Below, piece by piece: positions 1 to 9,376 of a DNA stretch of 64,000 nt (the stretch's first letter is position 1; the number at the start of each line of letters is the position of its first letter). This stretch comes from an uncultured bacterium. Lineage in GTDB: Bacteria > Zixibacteria > MSB-5A5 > SM1-73. The notes under the pieces were generated by a model. It searched no databases. It was not told the origin of the DNA and saw nothing but the letters and a program-made list of their open reading frames with translations. Where the stretch lies: the NCBI GenBank assembly GCA_965369445.1, contig CBDUQU010000001.1:1614-65613 (forward strand). Direction: 5' to 3'. A program made the translations under genes and the position numbers.

Positions 1-657
1 AAGTCTTTCGGATTCCTTCAGAACGTCTAAGGTGGTCTTCCTCGCAGTGTTCTTGATGGCGACAAGCTCACCTATCGCCTGTACAAAAGCGTGGCAGTGG
101 TACACGCCATTACGCAGCTCGGGATCGGCATCGCCCGCGATGAACTCAACGGCTAGGGAGGGCCACCAGACCTTTAGGGGAACGTATTCTTCTTTTGCGC
201 GACGATGGCCGGCAGTTCGAACGACTGCCGACACCTTTAACCATTGATCCTCGAATTGCCCTTTACTCTCCTCGTGCGGGAGCTCTCCAAGAGCCCGTTT
301 CATATCATAGGAAGCCTTTTCCCAGAGGATCTTGTTCTTAACAGAGAAGACTTGTCTAAAATCTGCATTCGGATCCAGGATCACACATCGGGCTTTCGTT
401 CGAATGAGGATCTCCTCAACAATCCTACCCAGGAAAAACGATTTGCCAGACCCCGATTGGGCAAAAAGGACGGTGTGTGTTCCCATGGCGTTGGCTGGAA
501 CCGTAACCAAATCTTCATCGCTCTGCGCTCCTGCGGTGGGTTTCTGACCAGTGGCCTCATCTTCCGAAGCCAGCCAGTAACGAGGGTCCATCTTGCGCGT
601 CACCTGCCAGCCTAGGACCAACCTTGGGCTGTGAATTGGTGATTTCGATGGACTCAT
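1..657 (-). CDS. HerA/FtsK-like P-loop ATPase (DUF87-type), N-terminal part only; gene continues beyond window start
   Basis: Minus-strand ORF absent from the supplied track because it has no in-window stop. ATG at 657 is preceded by GGAGG (rc of 663-667). My translation reads MSPSKSPIHSPRLVLGWQVTRKMDPRYWLASEDEATGQKPTAGAQSDEDLVTVPANAMGTHTVLFAQSGSGKSFFLGRIVEEILIRTKARCVILDPNADF... This gives a Walker A GSGKS followed by a hydrophobic strand plus DPxxD/E, as in HerA/FtsK-family ATPases. The plus-strand ORF 244..615 is its antisense shadow. Confidence 0.5.
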   Translation of the reverse strand, partial: MSPSKSPIHSPRLVLGWQVTRKMDPRYWLASEDEATGQKPTAGAQSDEDLVTVPANAMGTHTVLFAQSGSGKSFFLGRIVEEILIRTKARCVILDPNADFRQVFSVKNKILWEKASYDMKRALGELPHEESKGQFEDQWLKVSAVVRTAGHRRAKEEYVPLKVWWPSLAVEFIAGDADPELRNGVYHCHAFVQAIGELVAIKNTARKTTLDVLKESERL

Positions 658-796
658 TCTGCCTCCTTCTGTAGATTTTGCATCAGTCGAGTGGTCCGGC
701 TGTCAGTTTGTAGGTCAAGCATCCCCAGGGGTGGTTGACAATGCTCTTTGCCAAGCAGTCGCCCGGATCGGGTTACAAGCCGTGTTGCGTATCATA

Positions 797-1327
797 TTAG
801 CTCTGTCCAACTCTTCCTCTGTCCTCGTTGCTGTCGCCAGATGTTTTCTCCTCCTTCACCGCATCTCTCGCTTCCTGCACTAAAGGAAGCACCAAGTGAT
901 CGAATGCCGTACGAATGTCACGAAACTCCTCGAAAGCCCACCGGAGGGCTAGGAAACATACAATGACCAATGCCAGACTCCCTCCCGTCAAAACCGCCAT
1001 GTCACGAGAAGGAAGAACAAAAAGAAGCACGGCAAAAGCAGCAAGGAAGACGACGAGCGCGATTGCCAATCGAGCAATCTTGAAGGAGAACCATGCGGAG
1101 GCTATAACCGGGTCAGGTTTGAACGCCAGATGAACTGTTATTGTGCCCGTGAGATATCCTTTGTCGAATTCTCTCTTTAGGTAAGCCTCCCTGCCACGTA
1201 CCACTAGTCTGTATACTAGCCGAAGACACCTGAGAAGCCAAAGAGCCAAGATACTTCCAACAGCACCGAGAAAAATCAGACCCGGCACAGTATTCCTCAA
1301 CCACCCCTCTATAGCAGCCAGATCCAT
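797..1327 (-). CDS. small integral membrane protein, hypothetical
   Basis: 176-aa ORF with two to three long hydrophobic segments (GLIFLGAVGSILALWLL; LAIALVVFLAAFAVLLFVL; LALVIVCFLAL). It lies directly upstream, on the same strand, of the HerA-like ATPase. Confidence 0.4.
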   Translation of the reverse strand: MDLAAIEGWLRNTVPGLIFLGAVGSILALWLLRCLRLVYRLVVRGREAYLKREFDKGYLTGTITVHLAFKPDPVIASAWFSFKIARLAIALVVFLAAFAVLLFVLPSRDMAVLTGGSLALVIVCFLALRWAFEEFRDIRTAFDHLVLPLVQEARDAVKEEKTSGDSNEDRGRVGQS

Positions 1328-1483
1328 ATCTGAACCAACCTCTCTGTAGCGTCTCTTTACTCGTTACTGTCTGCGATCATAGCTCTCACCCAACAAAACC
1401 CATCTCAAGTTAGTGGATAGGCACTGCCAATATAAGTACAAAAAAGCCGATAATCAAGCGAAATCTTGGTTCCGTGCCACCCC

Positions 1484-2389
1484 CTAGGAAATCCTGACAG
1501 TACGCAGTACACCCTGAGCGACCAACTGCGCGGCCACGCTTCCCAGATGAGCCAGTGTGGCACGGCCAACTTCTCCTTTGCTTCCGGTCGAGAATGCAAA
1601 AACCGCATCCCCGTCAAAGGGGGTGTAGGCAGGGTAAATGGTTCTGGCTATGCCGGCGCTGGCCATGCGGGCGAGAACGGTTAGCTGCACGCTGTCGAGT
1701 GGAGCGTTCGTCACCACACAAACAAGAGTGGTATTGCCTGTCCAGTCAGCGCCAATCTTGGGAGGTTGCAGGTGAGCCTTTGGGTCGCCTGCGATCCACC
1801 TTCCGGTTTCAGGGTCTCTAATCGAGCCTATAGCGTTAACGACGGCTAACGCCCCAATCACATATTCACCAGCATCCTGCGCCACACTGCCCAGGCCGCC
1901 GGGAATACGATCACCACCCCACTTGGCCACGGTCGCACCTGCTCCCGCCCCAACGCGCCCTTCCTGAACCGGCTCGTCGCTCGCAGCAACAGCGGCTAGC
2001 CGCCCTGACTCTGCATTGGGCCGGGTCTTGGCCGTAGCCAGATCGAAGATGATGGCCGCCGGAACGATCGGAACCTTGCCATGGCCGGAATCAAAGCCGA
2101 TCCCTTTTGACTCCAAAAATTCAACCACCCCGTCCGCCGCGCTCAAGCCAAAAGCCGAGCCACCAGAAAGACACATCCCGTGCACTTTCCCGGAGATATG
2201 AGCCGGATCGAAGACTCCCATCTGCCGCGCGCCCGAGGCCGATCCGAGTTGCACTGCTCCGCAGTGTGCTCCGTCAGGGAAGAGCAATACAGTCGTTCCT
2301 GTGCTCTTGGCCTTGTCGGTCCAATGGCCCACCAATACGCCGGGAACGCGAGTGAGCGTCCAGTTTTCGTCAGAAGTGTCTTTATTCAT
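1484..2389 (-). CDS. DmpA/OAT-fold L-aminopeptidase/D-esterase (peptidase S58 family)
   Basis: 301 aa. The N-terminal GVLVGHWTD...GTTVLL motif and the Gly/Ala-rich body match the DmpA family layout. Confidence 0.7.
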   Translation of the reverse strand: MNKDTSDENWTLTRVPGVLVGHWTDKAKSTGTTVLLFPDGAHCGAVQLGSASGARQMGVFDPAHISGKVHGMCLSGGSAFGLSAADGVVEFLESKGIGFDSGHGKVPIVPAAIIFDLATAKTRPNAESGRLAAVAASDEPVQEGRVGAGAGATVAKWGGDRIPGGLGSVAQDAGEYVIGALAVVNAIGSIRDPETGRWIAGDPKAHLQPPKIGADWTGNTTLVCVVTNAPLDSVQLTVLARMASAGIARTIYPAYTPFDGDAVFAFSTGSKGEVGRATLAHLGSVAAQLVAQGVLRTVRIS

Positions 2390-2520
2390 TTGCCTTCACG
2401 CTTTCGCCCTTTATGTCAAGCAGTCCTCCGGATTCATCCTGATCCCGCCTTTGGTCTTCGACCCTGAGGGCTCAGACCCGAAGGGCGGGAGAAGGACATG
2501 CTTGACCTACAACTCATCGT

Positions 2521-3342
2521 CTAGAACCCCGACACGCGTAAGTCGCCATTGCCCAGGCTCAAAGCTATCACGCCCTGCCCGTCCCCAAACGTTCCTGTCA
2601 GGGAAGTGGCAGTGCTTACGGGGTCCTTCAGGGCGAGATCGGAAATGCTAATTGTGCCATTCAGCACAGATGCCATGAACCTGGCCGAGGTGCTCTCAGG
2701 AATGTCAAGATCGACATCTCCATTCGCCGTGGCCATATCGATTGTGTCGAATGCCTCATCGGTGGGCAGAGTCACCTCAGCCTGAATGTCACCATTGATC
2801 AGGCTGACAAAAACGCCGCCGAAAATCTCATTCAGCACGACCTGGCCGTTCACATTCCCAACAGAGACAAATCTGTTGTTGGAATCTACGGTCACGCTTC
2901 CGTTGACGTTGCCAACCACCACCCACAGGTTTTGCGGCAGAGTGATGTCATAATCAACCACGTAACTCCTACCGTGCGTTTCGTCGGGTTGTATGGTTTT
3001 CACGCATACCTCGTGTGCCACCGGTGTCACGCTGACCTCTAGATCCTGCATGTGAGCCTCGGCGTCTTGGATACTCTCTGAACCAACCCGCTTTTCACCG
3101 GTGATAATAACCGAATCCGCCCCGGGCAGCCCGGTAATGGTCACGTTGCCGTTGATGCCCTCGAGCCTCAGTTTGGTGTGACTCGCAACCTCTACTTCAA
3201 AGGAGAAAGACTCACTTGCCACGAAATCCGTATTGCTCACGTTGTCATCCGAACCGGTGGACTTGTCGCTCCCACAGCCAATCCAGCAAACACATGCAGC
3301 CAACGAGACCAATACAGCAAGCTTCAAAACGATACTCTTCAT
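2521..3342 (-). CDS. lipoprotein with repetitive beta-solenoid (DUF4097-like putative adhesin) domain
   Basis: Signal peptide plus lipobox (LAACVCWIGCGSD). The body has repeated GNVNGxV/GDV beta-strand units. Its start overlaps the next gene's stop (3339-3342). Confidence 0.5.
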   Translation of the reverse strand: MKSIVLKLAVLVSLAACVCWIGCGSDKSTGSDDNVSNTDFVASESFSFEVEVASHTKLRLEGINGNVTITGLPGADSVIITGEKRVGSESIQDAEAHMQDLEVSVTPVAHEVCVKTIQPDETHGRSYVVDYDITLPQNLWVVVGNVNGSVTVDSNNRFVSVGNVNGQVVLNEIFGGVFVSLINGDIQAEVTLPTDEAFDTIDMATANGDVDLDIPESTSARFMASVLNGTISISDLALKDPVSTATSLTGTFGDGQGVIALSLGNGDLRVSGF

Positions 3343-3866
3343 TCGTGCCCTCCTTTCGAAATCGTATTTTCACGAGATTGCGAGTAAACAAAGTAATTGA
3401 TATCACCACGCGTCCACTCTTTTTCTCGCACCATTCCCATCTTCTCCGCCACCCGCATGGAGGCCGGATTGTCAGGCCGGATGAGACTGATGACCCGCTG
3501 CAGACGGAGCTGATGAAACGCATAATCGCGCACGGCGCTCGCCGCCTCGGTCGCAAGGCCGCGGCCCCAGTATGAGCTGAGGAAATCGTATCCGATCTCG
3601 ACCTCGGGCATCCCGTCAACTTCCATATGCTCCAGGCCGCAGTCACCCACCAGCTCGCCGCTCTCCTTAAGGATGACGGAGAACAGACCGTACCCGTATC
3701 GATCCTGGTGGTCAAGGTTGCGCCGTATCCATTTTTCCATCTTCGTGCGATCGAACAGACCCCCCCCGAACGATTCCATGACCTTAGGGTCGGAGAAGAT
3801 CAGAAGCAAATCGTCCAGATCGTCGATGGTCATCTTCCGCAGAATGAGTCGCTTGGTTTCGATCAT
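3339..3866 (-). CDS. GNAT family N-acetyltransferase (RimJ/RimL-like)
   Basis: 175 aa with the GNAT core (LVGDCGL...YDFLSSYWGRGLATEA, the Q/RxxGxG/A acetyl-CoA loop). 4-bp overlap with the downstream lipoprotein gene. Confidence 0.75.
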   Translation of the reverse strand: MIETKRLILRKMTIDDLDDLLLIFSDPKVMESFGGGLFDRTKMEKWIRRNLDHQDRYGYGLFSVILKESGELVGDCGLEHMEVDGMPEVEIGYDFLSSYWGRGLATEAASAVRDYAFHQLRLQRVISLIRPDNPASMRVAEKMGMVREKEWTRGDINYFVYSQSRENTISKGGHE

Positions 3867-4005
3867 GTTGTCCGCCTGATTGCTAGTTGTGTCAGGTCTT
3901 GCTTATGGTCTGCCATAAGTGTGAACTGACACTTTTGCGGGTGTCAGTTCACACCCGCTAACGCTGCGCCCGTCTGGGCGGCCAAGACCTGACAGAACGG
4001 AACAC

Positions 4006-5478
4006 CTACATCGATTCCAGCATCTGCGCAGCCTTATGCCTCATGAAGGCATAGTTGAGGCTGTTAAGAGCATTCCACCCCGCAGCCTTCTCACAAAGCT
4101 CCTTTGCTTTTTCCATGTCTTCCTTGCCCTGGAAGGCCAGCGCCATTCTATACCAGTTGTAAGGATTCTGCAGGCTGGCTTTTTGGAGTTCTTCAAGTGC
4201 CCGGCCGTACTCTTTTTCCTCCAGGGCAATCATGCCGGCCAGTTGGTGGGCCAGCTTAACCTGAAACGGGTTTCTCACCGCCTCGACCCGCTCACGATAT
4301 TCGTCGGCTTGGGCCTTGGCCGTCTCGAGATCTCCCTTCTTTAAAGCGGCGCGTGCAGCGTTGAAGAAATAGCCCCGTCTGAAATTGTCTTTCACCTCCT
4401 CAGAAAGATCAGATGCTTCGGCAACCTCCACTGCCTTCTCGTACTTAGCCTGAGCTTCATCAATCCTTTCAGCCTCAAGAAGAATGTTGCCCATCACGAT
4501 CAGATCTCCGGCCATTGCGGCAGCATCGTTGATCTTCTCTGCCAGGGCGTATGCCTTATCCTGTTCCTCTAACGCGGCATCACAATTCCCCTCGTCAACG
4601 TAAGAAACCGAGATGGCAAAGTGAGCCGCCCGGCGTTCGCCATCGTTGCGAGCCATGTCATACAACACCTGAAGCTGCTCCCTTGCCTCCTGGTGATTGT
4701 CCTTGAAGTTTGAGTTCGTGGCTATACCGATATGCGACGGAACGAAATTGGGGTCGGACGTCAGAGCTTTCTTGTACTGTTCTATGGACTCATCGTACCT
4801 ACCCATCTTCATGAGTAATTCGGCGTAGGAATCATAGGGATTGGGATCGTCCGGTATCAGTTCGATGTAGGTCCTAAAGGCTTTCTCCGCCTCGTCGAAG
4901 TTCTCCATGAATCTGTGGGCATAGCCAAGTTGATTATAGGGCTGCGAGAAGTCCGGATTGATACCGGTTGCCTTGTGGTATTCTCTTATGGCCAGTTCAT
5001 ACTCCTCCTGACCGAAGTAGTGGTTGCCCAGCAGATTGTGAGCCCGTTCGTCCTCTGGAAAAGTCTCCACCAGTTCCCTGTACAACTCTCTCTGCTTCAT
5101 CGCATAAGCATGAGCTCCCGCCTCTACCCCCAGAATCCACAATCGCTCTCCCTGGGAGACCTTGTCCGCTAATGCTCTTGCCTTATCCAGATTCGCCCAG
5201 AATCCTTTGGCGCTGGGGGTAACAAAGGACAGATTCAAATAGGCCATGGCGAAATCCGGATCTTCTGCGATGGCGTTCTCGAAGAACCGAATGGATTCCT
5301 GAAAGCGGAGCTTTTCCCAAAGATCACGCCCCTGCAAGTAGTGTTCACGCGCCTTTTCAGATTTGGTTGTGATGGGGATCTTGCCATCTTCTTTGGGTGC
5401 GGCGCAGCCGATCATCATGAGCAGAAGAGCACTCACAGCAAGCATCAAGATCCAACTCATCGCGCTATGCTTTTTCAT
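4006..5478 (-). CDS. TPR-repeat lipoprotein
   Basis: Signal peptide with lipobox (LLMMIGCAAP). The whole body is degenerate 34-aa TPR helices (Y/F..G.....A. periodicity). Confidence 0.7.
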   Translation of the reverse strand: MKKHSAMSWILMLAVSALLLMMIGCAAPKEDGKIPITTKSEKAREHYLQGRDLWEKLRFQESIRFFENAIAEDPDFAMAYLNLSFVTPSAKGFWANLDKARALADKVSQGERLWILGVEAGAHAYAMKQRELYRELVETFPEDERAHNLLGNHYFGQEEYELAIREYHKATGINPDFSQPYNQLGYAHRFMENFDEAEKAFRTYIELIPDDPNPYDSYAELLMKMGRYDESIEQYKKALTSDPNFVPSHIGIATNSNFKDNHQEAREQLQVLYDMARNDGERRAAHFAISVSYVDEGNCDAALEEQDKAYALAEKINDAAAMAGDLIVMGNILLEAERIDEAQAKYEKAVEVAEASDLSEEVKDNFRRGYFFNAARAALKKGDLETAKAQADEYRERVEAVRNPFQVKLAHQLAGMIALEEKEYGRALEELQKASLQNPYNWYRMALAFQGKEDMEKAKELCEKAAGWNALNSLNYAFMRHKAAQMLESM

Positions 5479-5513
5479 CGCCTACTCCTTTCTTGATTAA
5501 AGGGTTAAACGAA

Positions 5514-5834
5514 TCAGTCTATTCTCTCCACTTTGAAGATCACCGGCCTGAACCAGTCCGTACAACCGACGATCAGAGTGCCGCGCTGTTTCATCCCGGG
5601 CATGTTGCCACCGTATGCAAGAATCAGCAGGTCATAGCGGATATCTGCCCAGGCCCAGTTACAGAAACCCTCTGGTGCTTGGTAGTAACGATCCAGTATG
5701 AACTCCTGGCCGTCCTTGAAAAGCTCACAGGGTTTCATAGCCTTATTTTCATCGTCTAAGTACTCATCGATCAGATCCTGGTTGATGGTCCTCTTAAGTA
5801 CTGTGATCTTGCACTCAGGCATCTTGCTGGGCAT
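5514..5834 (-). CDS. small conserved hypothetical protein (possibly TIGR04076-like)
   Basis: Start trimmed to ATG at 5834, which has a strong AAGGAGGTG upstream. Product MPSKMPECKITVLKRT...CNWAWADIRYDLL...; the family name is recollection only. The track's longer N-terminus lacks an RBS. Confidence 0.4.
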   Translation of the reverse strand: MPSKMPECKITVLKRTINQDLIDEYLDDENKAMKPCELFKDGQEFILDRYYQAPEGFCNWAWADIRYDLLILAYGGNMPGMKQRGTLIVGCTDWFRPVIFKVERID

Positions 5835-6105
5835 CTCACCACCTCCTTTTTCCGGATTCTTGGAACCTACAGAGAACCTTCCTGCTGGAGGTTTATCCGG
5901 TTGATCATATATGTCCCACGGCCCAAGAGAAACTACTAACCTAAGTAACCAGCGCATAGAAGTTCGTGAGAATTATAACTCAAGAATGGAAGAAATCAAG
6001 AAAAAACGACGCGGATCAAATCACTTTTGCAGGTTAACCATCTTCCTCAAGGCCCGAGTATGCTCCGGCGTTGTCCCACAGCACCCCCCGATACCTCTGC
6101 TGCCG

Positions 6106-7389
6106 TTACTTTGCGGCTGGGGTTTCGGCAATTTGGCGTTTGCTTTGCAGTATGACATACCAATATAGACCGGCCAAGAGCAGAGAATTAGAGAATAACA
6201 GGCAGCCGTGTCGACTATAAGTTGACCAATGAGGCAACAGGTTGAAGAATACGACGCTAGATAGCACTACTGACGGCAAAAGCAGGGCAAGAAACGGCAC
6301 CCGCTTGAATGATTTGTTTCCGCCACGAAGAATAGTCCAAACTAAGACCACCTGGCAGAACGGTAAATAGACAAAATAGTGAGGCCATGCGGTGGTAACA
6401 ACAAAGGGAATTGAGAGAAAGAGAAAAGAAAAGGCGAGGTACGTCTCATTACTTATTTTCCTCTTTCTCAGCACCCACACACAAAAAAGGTTCAATAGGA
6501 ATACAACGAATCCAATTGAGCGCAACGCTTGATACCAGATCTCATGCGAGTCGAGGTTGAATAATCGAACGATGACATGGGGGAAGAATTGTGAGTTGAT
6601 AATGTGTCTGATAGAGAAGCTCACGCTGGTAATATCCTCATATACAAGTCGATGAAAGCGTATGCTTTCACCGGGGCCGATTAACACGGACGGTATCAGT
6701 ACCAGCAAGATAATCGTTGAAACGAGAAATGATGCGATTACAGGCTTGTCTTTCCTGATCACGAAGTAAAGGATGAAGATCGCCGGATAGAGTTTTATGG
6801 ATGTAGCAAGGCCCAGAAGAAAACCTGCAATTAGCTGATGATTCCTGCGGTATGAGAAGAGTGCGCACAGAATGCAGAGGGTTATAAGACTGCTCACCTG
6901 CCCCCAATTCAGATTGTGCAAGACAGGCAAAGAAGTGACGAACAGCACGATATAACTGAAATAAGACAGCTTCAGCCCAGATTCACGCCAAAGGAAATAG
7001 GCCGGGATGAAGCAGAGAAGAAGCACTGCTATCCCTTGTAGCAAACCCCAAAGCCAGACAGCAGTTTGGAACGAGAATGCTCCAAAAACAGTCATTACCA
7101 CGGCGAAGAAAGCAGAGTAGAAAAACCCGCTGACAGGAACCTTGGTTGCGAATAGAACCTCTCCCATCGGATAGTAGCGGTCTATGAAATCACCGAACAG
7201 ATACTTTGAATCATCGATGGCCGAGACAAAAGCAGGAACCGTCTTCCACGTTGCATAGTAGTAGGCGAACGTGGCAGCAAACACCGCAACGGTGAACACA
7301 ACCAGCGACGGATTTCTACCGATGACACGGGTGAATTGGCGAACCGGCTTACTGGTCAAAGCGGAGATTCTGTTTCGAATTGATGACAT
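6106..7389 (-). CDS. polytopic membrane protein, GT-C-like (DUF2029/glycosyltransferase 87-like)
   Basis: 427 aa with at least 10 hydrophobic helices and short loops; no soluble domain. The family call is by architecture only. Confidence 0.45.
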   Translation of the reverse strand: MSSIRNRISALTSKPVRQFTRVIGRNPSLVVFTVAVFAATFAYYYATWKTVPAFVSAIDDSKYLFGDFIDRYYPMGEVLFATKVPVSGFFYSAFFAVVMTVFGAFSFQTAVWLWGLLQGIAVLLLCFIPAYFLWRESGLKLSYFSYIVLFVTSLPVLHNLNWGQVSSLITLCILCALFSYRRNHQLIAGFLLGLATSIKLYPAIFILYFVIRKDKPVIASFLVSTIILLVLIPSVLIGPGESIRFHRLVYEDITSVSFSIRHIINSQFFPHVIVRLFNLDSHEIWYQALRSIGFVVFLLNLFCVWVLRKRKISNETYLAFSFLFLSIPFVVTTAWPHYFVYLPFCQVVLVWTILRGGNKSFKRVPFLALLLPSVVLSSVVFFNLLPHWSTYSRHGCLLFSNSLLLAGLYWYVILQSKRQIAETPAAK

Positions 7390-7501
7390 GACGATTGACC
7401 CACACCCCAGAGTGTCTCTCGGTCCTTTGCACAGCCTAGCTGCGCATTACGCGGCCCCGGCGCATGATCTCACGCGAATGATAGCCAAAGGATGGGGGAA
7501 A

Positions 7502-8416
7502 TCAAGATAATTCCCTGTCTTGAGGGGATCGCCTCTGCCGGTCAACAGTCCTCCTCAAAGCTCTAATATGCTCCGGAGTCGTCCCGCAGCAGCCCCCAAT
7601 GATTGACACGCCCAATGAGACAAGCTCTTTGGCTTTCTCCGCCATAAACTCAGGCGTCTCAGGCCAGGCAGGTCTATCGCCCCGCATTTCCGGAATACCT
7701 GCGTTGGATTGGATGATGATTGGGAGCTTGCTGTACTTCTTAAACTCTTTGGCAATCTCTATCATATTCTCAATGCCGTTGCCGCAATTCGAACCTATGA
7801 TATCGGCTCCTGCCTCTTCCAGCCCTCGCGCGGCCTCTTGGATGCTTGTGCCCATCACTGTGAAGAAACCTTTCGGCGTCAGGTCAAAGGTCATTGCCGC
7901 CATAACAGGAGTCGACGGTGAAACCGTCTTTGCCGCTCTGGTGGCGAGTGTTGCCTCCGTTAAATCGGTCATGGTCTCTATGGAGATAGCATCAACTCCG
8001 GCGCTGATGAGAGCCTTCATCTGCCTTTCAAAACTACTGTATATCTCCTCAGGCTCAGTGTCCCCATAGGGTTTTAAGAGCTTTCCACTCGGCCCGCAGG
8101 AAGCGGAGATGTAAGCACGATCCCCCACGACCTTTCTCACCGCCAGGACGGCATTTCTGTTTATCTTTTCTGTTTTGCCGTCCAACGAATGGAGCGCAAG
8201 CCGCAAAGGCGAAGCGCCGAAGGTATTGGTCTGGATTATGTCCGCTCCTGCTTCCAGATAGAGACGGGCGATTTCCTCGAGCACCTCGGGACGGGTGAGA
8301 TTAAAAGACTCCGGCGGCTCACCTGGCTTGAGACCGTGATCCATCAGCATAGTCCCCATGGCGCCGTCGGCGACCAGTATCTCGCCGTCTTTTAACCGCT
8401 CAAGCAGATTTTTCAT
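7502..8416 (-). CDS. homocysteine S-methyltransferase domain protein (MetH N-terminal Hcy-binding module, stand-alone)
   Basis: Starts MKNLLERLKDGEILVADGAMGTMLM. Cys ligands in ...SASCGP... and GGCCGTTPEHI are typical of the zinc site in Pfam S-methyl_trans. I took the ATG at 8416; the track's longer ORF uses an upstream GTG inside a repeat element. Confidence 0.75.
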   Translation of the reverse strand: MKNLLERLKDGEILVADGAMGTMLMDHGLKPGEPPESFNLTRPEVLEEIARLYLEAGADIIQTNTFGASPLRLALHSLDGKTEKINRNAVLAVRKVVGDRAYISASCGPSGKLLKPYGDTEPEEIYSSFERQMKALISAGVDAISIETMTDLTEATLATRAAKTVSPSTPVMAAMTFDLTPKGFFTVMGTSIQEAARGLEEAGADIIGSNCGNGIENMIEIAKEFKKYSKLPIIIQSNAGIPEMRGDRPAWPETPEFMAEKAKELVSLGVSIIGGCCGTTPEHIRALRRTVDRQRRSPQDRELS

Positions 8417-8728
8417 TTCATGTCTTCTTTGAAGGGATCTTTGAGAAACTGCGCAGGGCTGGAAACCCCGCCTACGGCGACTTCTCACCCCTCACCCCCG
8501 CCTCTGGTGGTTCGACTTCGTTTATCCTGAACGAAGTTGAAGGGCTCACCACCCTGTCTTCGACCCCGCACTTCGTCCTGAGACTCAGTGTCGAAGGAAG
8601 GTCGCTCAGACTCGAGGAGAGCTCGTCGAAGGGCGGGATTTTCAACCTGACCCTCTCCCCCAGAGGAGAGAAAACTTGGTCTTCCCTCCCTTGACGGGAG
8701 GGAATAAAAGGGAGGGTGATTATGTCAA

Positions 8729-9376
8729 TTAATCTGACTCGTTTGCCTTTGTCAGTTTCTTGACACACTCCACTGCGTTAGTGCTGTCGTAACCGTACCC
8801 GTCGGCTCCTATCTGTCGCGCGAATTCCTCCGATACGGGCGCTCCACCGATTATTGTTCTAATCTTGCCTGTCAGACCTTTTTCCTTTAATAGCTCTAAG
8901 GTTCGCTTCATAACCGGCATAGTCGTCGTGAGAAGAGCAGACATCCCGATAATGGAAGCGCCCTCTGTCCTGGCAGCCTCCACAAATTTCTCAGGCGAAA
9001 CGTCGTTGCCCAGGTCGATGACTTCAAAGCCTGCGCCTTTCAGCATGATTCCCACCAGATTCTTACCTATGTCGTGCAGATCACCCTGAACCGAGCCAAT
9101 TACCACCTTCCCTACAGTGGGTATCCCCTCCTTGAGGAACAGCGGCCTGAGCACGTCCATCCCTGCATACATCGCCTTTGCAGCAAGCAGTACCTGCGGA
9201 AGGAAGATCTCGTGAGCCTTGTACCTCTCCCCTATTATGTTCATGCCTCCAATCAGGCCCTCATCCAGTATTTCCTTCGGCGGTACTTTTTGTTCTACTG
9301 CCTGTCTGGTCAGCTCAGATACTTTTTCGCCATCGCCTTGCTGTAACCGTTCGGAAATCTCGTTTAGTATCTCCAT
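8729..9376 (-). CDS. corrinoid (cobalamin)-binding protein, B12-binding_2 cap plus Rossmann B12 domain
   Basis: The DxHxxG cobalamin-ligand motif is present (VQGDLHDIGKNLV), and the Rossmann fold follows (GFEVIDLG...). The start overlaps the upstream gene's stop as TAATG (translational coupling). Confidence 0.8.
   Translation of the reverse strand: MEILNEISERLQQGDGEKVSELTRQAVEQKVPPKEILDEGLIGGMNIIGERYKAHEIFLPQVLLAAKAMYAGMDVLRPLFLKEGIPTVGKVVIGSVQGDLHDIGKNLVGIMLKGAGFEVIDLGNDVSPEKFVEAARTEGASIIGMSALLTTTMPVMKRTLELLKEKGLTGKIRTIIGGAPVSEEFARQIGADGYGYDSTNAVECVKKLTKANESD

Noticed and set aside
244-615. Plus-strand ORFs 244..615 and 332..547 in the track
   Set aside because: They are antisense shadows of the minus-strand HerA-like ATPase gene, which has a clear RBS and Walker A. 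They have no RBS and a non-protein-like composition.
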